DNA from: Thaumarchaeota archaeon S13
GTDB taxonomy: Archaea > Thermoproteota > Nitrososphaeria > Nitrososphaerales > Nitrosopumilaceae
NCBI GenBank assembly: GCA_003724275.1
Contig: RHFA01000102.1
Coordinates: 1-33,116, forward strand
Length of the DNA: 33,116 nucleotides
Direction of reading: 5' to 3'
Program-made: the position numbers and the translations under genes
Shown here: positions 24,283 to 32,072 of the stretch, one piece after another
Layout: each line of letters opens with the position of its first letter
How positions within the stretch are numbered: position 1 is the stretch's first letter
Notes under the pieces: model-generated
Told to the model about the DNA's origin: nothing
Seen by the model: only the letters and a program-made list of their open reading frames with translations
Databases searched by the model: none

Positions 24283-24307
24283 ATTGCGCGGCGGCGCGCG
24301 CCCCGGA

Positions 24308-26596
24308 ATGCTCGAGAGGACGGTCCTGGCCGTTGGTCCGCGCAAGCTGCAGGCGCGCCACCTGCTGGTGATCGCCGTGCTGGCCGCCTCGTTTACGGTG
24401 TCTGCCCTGATCAGGGCCCAGCCGGCCGAGTACGGCTTTACGCTCCACGAGTTTGACCCGTTCTTTAACTATCGAGCCACCGAGTTCCTCGTCGAGAACG
24501 GCCTCGAGGCGTATGGCGGGTGGCACGACGAGCTCAGCTGGCACCCGGACGGCCGCGACATATCCCGCACGTCGCAGTTCATGCAGCACGCCACGGCCGC
24601 CGCGCTGTACGGGGCGTTTGGCGGGGGCTCTAGCCTGCTGGACTTTGTGATCGTCCTGCCGCTCGTGCTCGGGGCCCTGACGGGAATCGCCGTGTTTGCG
24701 CTGGTCCGCGTGCTAGCCGGCACCACGGCGGGCCTGCTGGCGTCGCTCTTTTACGCCGTGTCGGTCCCCATAATAATACGCGGCCCGATCGGGTGGTTCA
24801 AGGCCGAGCCGATCGGCCTCTTTTACGGCGTGATCGGCGTCTACCTGTTCCTTAGCGGGATCACCGCGTCTGGCAGGCGCGAGGCGGCACTGCGCCTGGC
24901 CGGCGCCGGAATCGTAATGTCGATGGCACTATCGGCGTGGGGCGGAACGCAGTTCTTTATCATACCGATGGGCCTGTTTTTCATGGTCCTGCCGTTTGTG
25001 AGGCGTGACCACTCGTTCCTGCTCTGGGCGGTTCCGCTCTTTGTGGGCGTCCTCCTGGCCTCGTCTGCGGCCTTTGAGAGGCCTGGCGCGTCCTTTGTGC
25101 TTGGCCTCGGCGGCGCGTCACTGGCGATACCGGCGGCCGTCATGGTCGCATGCGTGCTCGTGCGCCGCGCAAGCCCGCCGGCCTCGGCGGCAAGAAACTC
25201 GCTCCTGCTCGTGTTTGGCGTCGTCGGCGCCGCCGCGGCGGTCCTGGCGGCCAACTCGCAGACGGGATACCTCGACCTCCCGAGCTTTCGCTACCTAAAC
25301 GCGGTAAACCCCTTCCTGACCACGATCGACCCGCTCGTGGACTCTGTCTCCGAGCACGTCTCGCTCACGCTCCGCCAGTCGTTCTTTTTCATGTCCATAC
25401 TCATGGTCTTTGCGGGCGTGGGCGCATGGCTGCTGCTGTCGCGCCGCGACCGCCTCGACTCGTACGGAATACCGCTGCGCACGGACATGGCCGTGTACTC
25501 GGTGATAATGGGCTTTGCCGGCGTGTACGTCGCGTCGGCCTTTACGCGCCTTGCCGTCTTCTCCTCTGTCGCGATGGTCGTCCTGGCGTCCATTGGCATA
25601 GCCATACTCGCCTCGCTCGTCTTTTCAAACGCGCGCGCCGGCGCCGGCGCAAAGGCGGGCTTTGTCGCCGTGGTCGTGGCGATGCTCCTCGTCCCCATGT
25701 CCACGCCGGCGGAGGGGAACTGGGTGAGCACGGTGAGCAACCCCCCGCCCATACTCAACGGGGGATCCATATTCCAGATCTCGACGCAGGACTGGCCCCT
25801 TGCCCTAGAGTGGCTCCGCGAGGAGACGCCGCCGGACTCGATAGTCATGTCGTGGTGGGACTATGGCTACTGGATCGAGACGCTCGGCGAGCGCACGACG
25901 CTCGTCGACAACCTGACCATCTCCACGAGCAAGATACAGAACATTGCGCAGATATTCTACAGCGAGCCGGCCGAGGCGTGGGAGCGCATGGGCGAGCTGG
26001 GAGTCGACTATGCCGTCGTCTACATTGCGGCCCGCAACGTCGGGACCGAGGAGAGGCCGCTCTACACGCTCTCGGGGGGAGGCGACGAGACCAAGCGCGT
26101 GTGGCTTGCGCGCATAGCCGGCGTCGACGAGGCCGACTATCTCTATGGCGACTCTGTGAGCCCCAGGCCCAGGTTCGACGAGACGCTCTTTGGCATGATG
26201 ACGCCCTTTAGCCACGTGACATACGGCAACCTCGCGACGGGGCTCAAGTCGGTGAGGTGGCAGCCGGGCTTTGTCTCCATCTATGAAAAGGACGTCCTCC
26301 TCCCCGCCGACGGCGACGGCCCGCTCCGCCTGGCCTACTCGTCGCCTTCCTTCGACGAGGACCACGACTCGAGGATCAACGGCGTCTTCGTCTATGAGCT
26401 AAACAGGGACTATGTTCCGCCCGAGCCCGAGCCAGTCCGAGTCCCAATCTCGGCAATCCCGTTCATGGAGGCGGCGGCCCCGGAGGGCGGCGAGGCTGGC
26501 CCTGAACCCGTCGCGGCGCCAGGCGGGGAATCAGGCGGCGAGGACGGGGCCGAACCCGACGAGGCGCCTGGCGCCGGGCCCGACGAGGGGCCATAG
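24308..26596 (+). CDS. aglB: Archaeal dolichyl-phosphooligosaccharide-protein glycotransferase (oligosaccharyltransferase AglB/STT3)
   Basis: N-terminal LHEFDPFFNYRATEFL (first-loop DxD-type motif), a multi-TM core, the signature MSWWDYGYWIE, and a C-terminal soluble domain. It ends in an acidic Pro/Gly/Glu low-complexity tail. Confidence 0.9.
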   Translation: MLERTVLAVGPRKLQARHLLVIAVLAASFTVSALIRAQPAEYGFTLHEFDPFFNYRATEFLVENGLEAYGGWHDELSWHPDGRDISRTSQFMQHATAAALYGAFGGGSSLLDFVIVLPLVLGALTGIAVFALVRVLAGTTAGLLASLFYAVSVPIIIRGPIGWFKAEPIGLFYGVIGVYLFLSGITASGRREAALRLAGAGIVMSMALSAWGGTQFFIIPMGLFFMVLPFVRRDHSFLLWAVPLFVGVLLASSAAFERPGASFVLGLGGASLAIPAAVMVACVLVRRASPPASAARNSLLLVFGVVGAAAAVLAANSQTGYLDLPSFRYLNAVNPFLTTIDPLVDSVSEHVSLTLRQSFFFMSILMVFAGVGAWLLLSRRDRLDSYGIPLRTDMAVYSVIMGFAGVYVASAFTRLAVFSSVAMVVLASIGIAILASLVFSNARAGAGAKAGFVAVVVAMLLVPMSTPAEGNWVSTVSNPPPILNGGSIFQISTQDWPLALEWLREETPPDSIVMSWWDYGYWIETLGERTTLVDNLTISTSKIQNIAQIFYSEPAEAWERMGELGVDYAVVYIAARNVGTEERPLYTLSGGGDETKRVWLARIAGVDEADYLYGDSVSPRPRFDETLFGMMTPFSHVTYGNLATGLKSVRWQPGFVSIYEKDVLLPADGDGPLRLAYSSPSFDEDHDSRINGVFVYELNRDYVPPEPEPVRVPISAIPFMEAAAPEGGEAGPEPVAAPGGESGGEDGAEPDEAPGAGPDEGP

Positions 26597-26742
26597 CGCT
26601 CGGCTAGCCTGTAGCGCATATACCTGTCATCGGGCGAAAACCTTGCCGGGTGCGCCGAGCGCGTCTCGCCGCCGCACTTGGGGCACCTCTCGCCCATGGT
26701 GTACCTGCCGCAGGGGACGCAACGGCGCATGACAAACCGCAT
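26410..26742 (-). CDS. nop10: H/ACA RNP component Nop10 with an unusual roughly 55-aa low-complexity C-terminal extension
   Basis: MRFVMRRCVPCGRYTMGERCPKCGGETRSAHPARFSPDDRYMRYR is the full Nop10 zinc-ribbon core. No stop follows until 26410, giving 110 aa. It lies 4 nt downstream of the aIF2-alpha stop, the conserved archaeal gene pair. Confidence 0.8.
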   Translation of the reverse strand: MRFVMRRCVPCGRYTMGERCPKCGGETRSAHPARFSPDDRYMRYRLAERYGPSSGPAPGASSGSAPSSPPDSPPGAATGSGPASPPSGAAASMNGIAEIGTRTGSGSGGT

Positions 26743-26745
26743 GCC

Positions 26746-27537
26746 TCACTCCTCCCTGACCTTTTTTGACTCTTCTCGAGCAAACTCGTACGTCCCCTTT
26801 TTCCCTATCTTGGACTGTATTGCCGCAAGTATGGGCTTTAGCTCCCTCTCTGCGGACTTGAAGTCCGGCGCGCTCACGGTGATCCTGTACTTTGGGGCCC
26901 CGAGGTAGGTTATGCTCGCCATGCTGCCCTTTTTGGTGGCGCCCTGCAGCGCCTTTATTATCGTGTCAACGCCGTCTGGCGTGGGAACCCTTATCTTCAG
27001 GATTCCGCGTATCTCCACTGACGGTAGCCTTATCTTTGCGCACGACTCTGTTATCGCGTCTAGAACCCCCTTGCCAAGCTTTAGCGAGTCCAGCGCCGCG
27101 GTCCCGTTCCTGGCCACCTCCATAAACACGTCATAGATCGAGTCGCCCTTTGTGTAGAGGCTGTCCTCGAGCGCGCCGGCCTCATCGTCTGACAGCGACG
27201 CCCTCTCCTTGACGCTTTTTAGGAGCGTCATGCCCTTTTCGTACCTCTTTACCTCGAGGAGCTTTTTCTTGCGCTGGTCGTTGGACACCTGCTTGAGCGA
27301 AAGGTCAATGTCGGCGCGCTCCTCGTTGACGCGCTTTACGAGAAGGACCTTTTTCTCCCCCACGCGGACAAACTTGGAGACCGAGCGTATCCACCCCGGC
27401 GCGAGCTCGCTTATGTGGAGAAAGCCGGGCATGTCCCCGTACTCGTCGAGGGAGACGTACGCCCCGTGGTCCATCACCTTCGTGACCGTGGCGAGGACTA
27501 TCTCGCCGCGAACCGGCATCTCGCGCTCTTGCGCCAT
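26746..27537 (-). CDS. eif2a: Translation initiation factor aIF2 alpha subunit
   Basis: S1 domain: GEIVLATVTKVMDHGAYVSLDEYGDMPGFLHISELAPGWIRSV.KFVRVGEKKVLLVKRV...IDLSLKQV. It is followed by the helical and alpha-beta C-terminal domains. Confidence 0.9.
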   Translation of the reverse strand: MAQEREMPVRGEIVLATVTKVMDHGAYVSLDEYGDMPGFLHISELAPGWIRSVSKFVRVGEKKVLLVKRVNEERADIDLSLKQVSNDQRKKKLLEVKRYEKGMTLLKSVKERASLSDDEAGALEDSLYTKGDSIYDVFMEVARNGTAALDSLKLGKGVLDAITESCAKIRLPSVEIRGILKIRVPTPDGVDTIIKALQGATKKGSMASITYLGAPKYRITVSAPDFKSAERELKPILAAIQSKIGKKGTYEFAREESKKVREE

Positions 27538-27563
27538 CGGCGCGGCCCCCGATCGCCTCCGGA

Positions 27564-27571
27564 TTTAACCT
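27564..27571 (-). promoter_or_regulatory. TATA-like box for the aIF2-alpha/nop10 operon (GTTAAATC on the minus strand)
   Basis: AT-rich element 27 nt upstream of ATG 27537. Confidence 0.4.
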
Positions 27572-27623
27572 TGACGCGCAAAGGCGGCCGGATCCGGCCC
27601 CGCAGGGCCGCCCCGGGCGGGGA

Positions 27624-28157
27624 TCAAAAGTCTATTCCCCTCTTTGCCCTGATGCCCCGCTTGAAGGGGTGGCGGACCTCGCGCATCTCGGTGATGAGGT
27701 CTGCGGCCTCTAGGATGCGCTCGTCGGCGCGGTTGCCCGTGAGGACCAGCGTCAGGCCGCGGGGCCTCGCCTCGACGAGGCGGAGCACGTCCGCGGCGTC
27801 GACGAGCCCGAGGCTCGTCGCATAGTTGACCTCGTCGAGGATGACAATGTCATACTTGCCGGAGAGGGCCCTCCTCGAGCCCTCGCTCAACGACTCGGCT
27901 GCGGCCTTGACGTGGACCTCCCTGTCGCTCGTGTCGTCCATTATTCCAACAAACCCGCGCCCCGCCGCGACAAGCTCAAAGTTTGGGGCCAGGAGCCGCG
28001 CAGAGTCGAGCTCGCCATAGTGCCACGAGCCCTTGATGAACTGGACCATGCACACGCGCTTGCCGTGCCCGACGGCGCGCAGCGCCATTCCGAGGGCCGC
28101 CGTGGTCTTGCCCTTGCCTCCCCCCGTGTAGACTATGACCAGCCCGTCGTCTGCCAT
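27624..28157 (-). CDS. cobO: Cob(I)yrinic acid a,c-diamide (corrinoid) adenosyltransferase, CobO/BtuR type
   Basis: Motifs: VIVYTGGGKGKTTAALGMALRAVGHGKRVCMVQFIKG..YGE, VILDEVNYA, LVLTGRNA-like, HPFKRGIRAKRGIDF. Start placed at ATG 28157 (MADDGLVIV). The track start GTG 28214 adds a Gly/Arg-rich 19 aa and is an alternative. Confidence 0.85.
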   Translation of the reverse strand: MADDGLVIVYTGGGKGKTTAALGMALRAVGHGKRVCMVQFIKGSWHYGELDSARLLAPNFELVAAGRGFVGIMDDTSDREVHVKAAAESLSEGSRRALSGKYDIVILDEVNYATSLGLVDAADVLRLVEARPRGLTLVLTGNRADERILEAADLITEMREVRHPFKRGIRAKRGIDF

Positions 28158-28225
28158 GCGCGTGGGCGCGCCCCGCCTGCCCGTGCTAATAGTATTGCCT
28201 CCCCCTCCCCGCACACGGGGTATTG

Positions 28226-28240
28226 ACTTAAATAAAAAAC
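28226..28240. promoter_or_regulatory. AT-rich box (ACTTAAATAAAAAAC) in the divergent cobO/cbiA intergenic region
   Basis: TTAAATAAAA ends 22 nt before the TTG start of cbiA (28259). It may also serve cobO in the opposite orientation. Confidence 0.5.
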
Positions 28241-28258
28241 GCCCTGCCGCCTGCGGCG

Positions 28259-29617
28259 TTGAGGATCCCGCGTGTCATCGTCGCCGGCGTCTCCAGCGGC
28301 GTGGGCAAGACGCTAGTCGCCTGCGCCATCGCGCACGGCATGCGGCAGAGGGGCTATTCTGTGCAGCCCTTCAAGGTGGGGCCGGACTATATCGACCCCG
28401 GCTACCTCTCGATAGCCGCCGGGCGCGAGGCCAGGAACCTTGACACGTGGCTGATGGGAAGGAGCCGCGTCGTCGAGACGTTTGCGCATTCCTCGACGTC
28501 TGACATATCCGTAATCGAGGGGGTCATGGGGCACTATGACGGGGCATCGGGCAAGACCAACAAGGCCAGCACGCACGAGGCCGCGCAGCTGCTCGGCGCG
28601 CCGGTGATCCTCGTCGTTGACGCCAGCCGCGCGGCCCGCTCGATCGCCGCGACGGTAAAGGGGTTTGTCTCGTACCAGACGCCGTCAAGCATAGTCGGAG
28701 TCATCCTCAACAGGGTCGGGAGCGGCCGCCACGCAAGGTTCTGCGCTGACTCCCTAGAGCAGTCCGGCATGGCCGTCATCGGAGCGATACCGAGGGACGC
28801 GTCAATGGCCCTAGAGTCGCGCCACCTTGGCCTCGTCCCTCCCGTGGAGTCGTCCCAGAGGAGGACGCGCGCGCTAGAGGCGTTCAAGGCGGCCTCTGAG
28901 CACATACACGTAGACGCGGTGATCAGCGTGGCCCAGTCCGCAAAGCCCCTCCAGATACTCCGCCCCGTGCCGGCGCGCCGGCGGCCCGCGCGCGCGACGA
29001 TTGGCGTCGCGCTTGACTCGTCCTTTAACTTTTACTACCGCGACAACCTCGAGGAGCTCGAGCGCCAGGGCGCGCGCCTCGAGTTCTTTAGCCCCGTCTC
29101 GGACGCAAAGCTGCCAGACTGCGACGGCCTCTACATCGGCGGCGGCTTTCCGGAGGTCCTCGGCTCGGCGCTGGAGCGAAACTCGCGGATGCGGCGCGCG
29201 ATAAGGGCTTACGCCGAGGGCCGCCGCGCGATATACGCCGAGTGCGGCGGCCTCATGTACCTGGCAAGGTCGATAAAGGCGGGCAAGAGGCGGTACGCGA
29301 TGGCCGGCGTGATTGACGCGCAGGCCGTCATGGGAAAAAAGCCGACGCTGGCCTATACGCGCGGGGAGATCACGCGCAGGTGCCTCATATCGCAAAAGCC
29401 GCATGGCATGCGCGGCCACGAGTTCCACTATTCCTCGCTGGAGGGCCTCGCAGACGACACAAACCTCGCGTACGCGCTCTTCTCCGGCACGGGGATCTCT
29501 GGCGGCCGCGACGGGATTGTGCAGGACGAGGTCCTCGCGTCGTACGGCCACCTCTACTTTGGGGACTCGCGCGCAAGGACCCTCGTCGACGGCGTCCTCG
29601 CCGCCGCGCGCCGCTAG
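28259..29617 (+). CDS. cbiA: Cobyrinate a,c-diamide synthase
   Basis: Motifs: VIVAGVSSGVGKT (P-loop), QPFKVGPDYIDPGY, NLDTWLMG, ViLNRVGS.RH, and a C-terminal glutamine amidotransferase part (LYIGGGFPE, IYAECGGLMYL, GHEFHYS). TTG start. Confidence 0.9.
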   Translation: MRIPRVIVAGVSSGVGKTLVACAIAHGMRQRGYSVQPFKVGPDYIDPGYLSIAAGREARNLDTWLMGRSRVVETFAHSSTSDISVIEGVMGHYDGASGKTNKASTHEAAQLLGAPVILVVDASRAARSIAATVKGFVSYQTPSSIVGVILNRVGSGRHARFCADSLEQSGMAVIGAIPRDASMALESRHLGLVPPVESSQRRTRALEAFKAASEHIHVDAVISVAQSAKPLQILRPVPARRRPARATIGVALDSSFNFYYRDNLEELERQGARLEFFSPVSDAKLPDCDGLYIGGGFPEVLGSALERNSRMRRAIRAYAEGRRAIYAECGGLMYLARSIKAGKRRYAMAGVIDAQAVMGKKPTLAYTRGEITRRCLISQKPHGMRGHEFHYSSLEGLADDTNLAYALFSGTGISGGRDGIVQDEVLASYGHLYFGDSRARTLVDGVLAAARR

Positions 29618-30234
29618 GCCAGCGCATAGAGCGCGTTGACCACGGCGGCCGCCGCGGCGCTCCCGCCCTTTCTTCCAGAGTTTGTTATGCACGTGAGGCC
29701 CGAGGCCGCCAGGGCCTCCTTTGACTCTGCGGCCGAGACAAACCCCACGGGCACCCCGACTGTCAGCGCGGGGCGCGCGAGGCCCTCGCGGGCCATCTCC
29801 AGTATCTCCAGGAGGGCAGTCGGCGCGTTGCCCACGACGGCCACGCCGCCGTCGAGCTCGGCGGCCGACTCGCGCATCGCCGCGCGCGAGCGAGTCGTGC
29901 CCTCGCGGCCCGCGCGCTCGGCGACCTGCGGGTCTGACACCCTGCACACGACGCTGTTGCCGTGGGCCTTGACGTGGCGCGCGGCAATGAGGCCAGTCAC
30001 GCCGTGCACGTCGGCGACTATGGGCGCGCCTGCCCGCAGCGCGCCGGCGCCGGCCCGCACGGCGCCCCCGAAAAACGCGATCGCCCCCGAGCGCGCAAAG
30101 TCAAAGTCCGCCGTCGAGTGTATGACGCGGCGCACGACGGTCCACTCGTCAGGCGGGTACCCGTGGCCGCCGATCTCGGACTCTATGATCCTCATGCTCT
30201 CGTCCTCGATTGCCTGCCCTGCCCTAGTTTGCAC
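29614..30234 (-). CDS. cbiC: Precorrin-8X / cobalt-precorrin-8 methylmutase
   Basis: Motifs: GQAIEDESMRIIESEI, RVIHSTADFDF, VVGNAPTAL, VGVPVGFV.AAESK. GTG start at 30234. Its stop shares CTAG (29614-29617) with the cbiA stop. Confidence 0.9.
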   Translation of the reverse strand: MQTRAGQAIEDESMRIIESEIGGHGYPPDEWTVVRRVIHSTADFDFARSGAIAFFGGAVRAGAGALRAGAPIVADVHGVTGLIAARHVKAHGNSVVCRVSDPQVAERAGREGTTRSRAAMRESAAELDGGVAVVGNAPTALLEILEMAREGLARPALTVGVPVGFVSAAESKEALAASGLTCITNSGRKGGSAAAAAVVNALYALA

Positions 30235-30985
30235 CGGTCTCGGCCTCCATGGCCCTCTCGAGTATGAGGTCCACCATCATGGGGTCGGTCCCCAGGTGGC
30301 GCGTCACGATCGCCCTGCCAATGCCCGAGGACGCCTCTAGGGCGGGGTTGAGGTCGGCGTACACGTCGCGCTTTACGTGCGCGCCCTCGTGCAAAAAGTA
30401 AAAGACGATGACCAGGACGCGCGGCCCTGCCCTCGCGCACCCGGCCACGCCGCTTGCAATGTCAGGCTGCTCTATCTCTAGGAGGCAGTATGACGCGTTC
30501 CTGTACCTTGGCCTGAGCCTCTCGACGAGATAGTCCAGGGACCTCTTTGCGTTCGGGTCCACGCTGCCGTGGCCTATGACAAGGACGTCAACGTCCGAGT
30601 CGGCCGTCCCGGAGAGGCCCGCGCCGTCTAGCGCGTCGCGCACGCGGCTCTCCACGAGCCTGACGAGCGTGGCGTGCATCCTCATGGGCCTCGTCACGAT
30701 TATCCTCGTCGTAGTCGTGGCCTGCTCGCGCATCGCGTCGCGGACCGCGGCCTTTAGCTTTTTTCCAGGGTACAAAAAGTAGGGCACGACCGTGAGCGTG
30801 TCAAGGTTCTCGGCGAGCGCGCCGGATATTCCCTCGGGCATAAAGGGCGGAAGGACCTCCAAAAAGCAGTACGCCGCATAGTCATACCCGCCGCCCTCCC
30901 TGGCGCGCGCGCATATCTCGTCGAGCTCGGCCCTGACCTCGCCCTCCCTGCTGCCCCTGTCGACTATGAGCATCCCGCGCCTCAT
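30224..30985 (-). CDS. cbiX: Sirohydrochlorin cobaltochelatase, two-domain CbiX type
   Basis: Two CbiX-like halves: LIVDRGS...VVPYFLYPGKKL and LVIGHGS...IVFYFLHEGAHV. The start overlaps the cbiG stop as ATGA. Confidence 0.8.
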   Translation of the reverse strand: MRRGMLIVDRGSREGEVRAELDEICARAREGGGYDYAAYCFLEVLPPFMPEGISGALAENLDTLTVVPYFLYPGKKLKAAVRDAMREQATTTTRIIVTRPMRMHATLVRLVESRVRDALDGAGLSGTADSDVDVLVIGHGSVDPNAKRSLDYLVERLRPRYRNASYCLLEIEQPDIASGVAGCARAGPRVLVIVFYFLHEGAHVKRDVYADLNPALEASSGIGRAIVTRHLGTDPMMVDLILERAMEAETGAN

Positions 30986-32040
30986 TGGGCAACCCTCGCC
31001 ACGGCAAGCGTCAGGTCCGGGGGGTATTTCACCTTTTGCACGACGAGCTCCCCCCCGCGCGAGGAGACGATGGCCGCGGCCTCTGACACGCTAGGCGTCC
31101 CCTCTAGGCGGTCCACGACGCGCGAGGGGTTTGGCGCGCCGGCGGCGGCAAGCCTTTCCCTGTCCACGAGCTCTAGCCCGACGCCGAGGGCGCGCGCTGC
31201 CTCGGCGAGGCCCTCGACGGCGGCGGGCTTTTTGACCGACGCGAGGCGCGCGACGCACATGGGGCTAAGCGATGCCCCGCGCAGCGTGCCCTCTAGGGAC
31301 TCTAGTATCTTTGGCGCCGGCGTGTCCCTGTGGACGCCGACGCCGACTATGAGCGTCCTGGGCCTGTATGTGACGGCCGGCATCGGCGGGGCCGCATCAA
31401 GCGTGTCCGAGACGACAAGCGCGCCGGCGCAGCCAGACCCGCAGAGCTCGCCCATGCTCGCATACTCGGTGACGTTTGGAGGCAGGCTCCCGCCTCCCAG
31501 GACGCCGCGCTCGCCGGCCCCCTGCCACACGCCTATGGCCTCGCCGTTGACCATCATTGCGCTGACGCGCGTGACGTGCTCGTCGCCGTCTATCCTCCAC
31601 CCCGCGTCGCGGCCCACCATGTCCACGGCGATCGTGCCCGTGACGTCGGCGGCCGTCGTTATGACGGGAACCGCGCCGATGCCCCCCGCTATGTCGCGCG
31701 CGAGCTCGTTGGCCCCGCCTAGGTGGCCGGACAGCGCGCTTATCGCAAAGCCGCCGGCGTCATCCACCACGACTATGGCGGGGTCGGACTTTTTTCCCCG
31801 CAGGTGGGGCGCGACGAGGCGTATGACGGCGCCAAGCGAGAATATGCAGACGAGCGCCTCCATCGAGGCAAACAGGCCGCCGACTGTCCCGGCGGCCGGC
31901 CCCCCAAACCACGACACGCCCCCCTGCCCGTCGTCAAGCTTTGAGGGGGCGTGGACCTCCCAGGACGGGTGCAGCGAGGAGATGCGGCGGGCCGTGGCCA
32001 GCCCTCCCCTCGTTATCGCGATGACTGCGACGCGCTCCAT
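30982..32040 (-). CDS. cbiG: Cobalt-precorrin-5A hydrolase
   Basis: N-terminal VAVIAITRGG, a mid domain, and a C-terminal GVGVHRDTP....SV..K..E.GL module typical of CbiG. Start placed at ATG 32040, 24 nt downstream of a TATTATA box. The track start is 32088. Confidence 0.8.
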   Translation of the reverse strand: MERVAVIAITRGGLATARRISSLHPSWEVHAPSKLDDGQGGVSWFGGPAAGTVGGLFASMEALVCIFSLGAVIRLVAPHLRGKKSDPAIVVVDDAGGFAISALSGHLGGANELARDIAGGIGAVPVITTAADVTGTIAVDMVGRDAGWRIDGDEHVTRVSAMMVNGEAIGVWQGAGERGVLGGGSLPPNVTEYASMGELCGSGCAGALVVSDTLDAAPPMPAVTYRPRTLIVGVGVHRDTPAPKILESLEGTLRGASLSPMCVARLASVKKPAAVEGLAEAARALGVGLELVDRERLAAAGAPNPSRVVDRLEGTPSVSEAAAIVSSRGGELVVQKVKYPPDLTLAVARVAQ

Positions 32041-32063
32041 GCCGCGCCGCCGCGGCGCGTCGG

Positions 32064-32070
32064 TATAATA
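32064..32070 (-). promoter_or_regulatory. TATA-like box (TATTATA on the minus strand) for cbiG-cbiX-cbiC, immediately after the cbiD stop
   Basis: An isolated AT heptamer between the cbiD stop (32073) and cbiG ATG 32040. Confidence 0.45.
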
Positions 32071-32072
32071 CC

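Noticed and set aside
27587-27600. Perfect 14-nt palindrome GGCCGGATCCGGCC between the cobO stop and the aIF2-alpha promoter. A 6-bp-stem hairpin GCGATCGGCCTGATCGC at 11811-11827 just after TSP3-A was also considered. Both were assessed as transcription terminators.
   Set aside because: Short GC palindromes are expected by chance in this composition. No adjacent T-tract, the usual archaeal termination signal, is present. Neither can be supported without 3'-end data.
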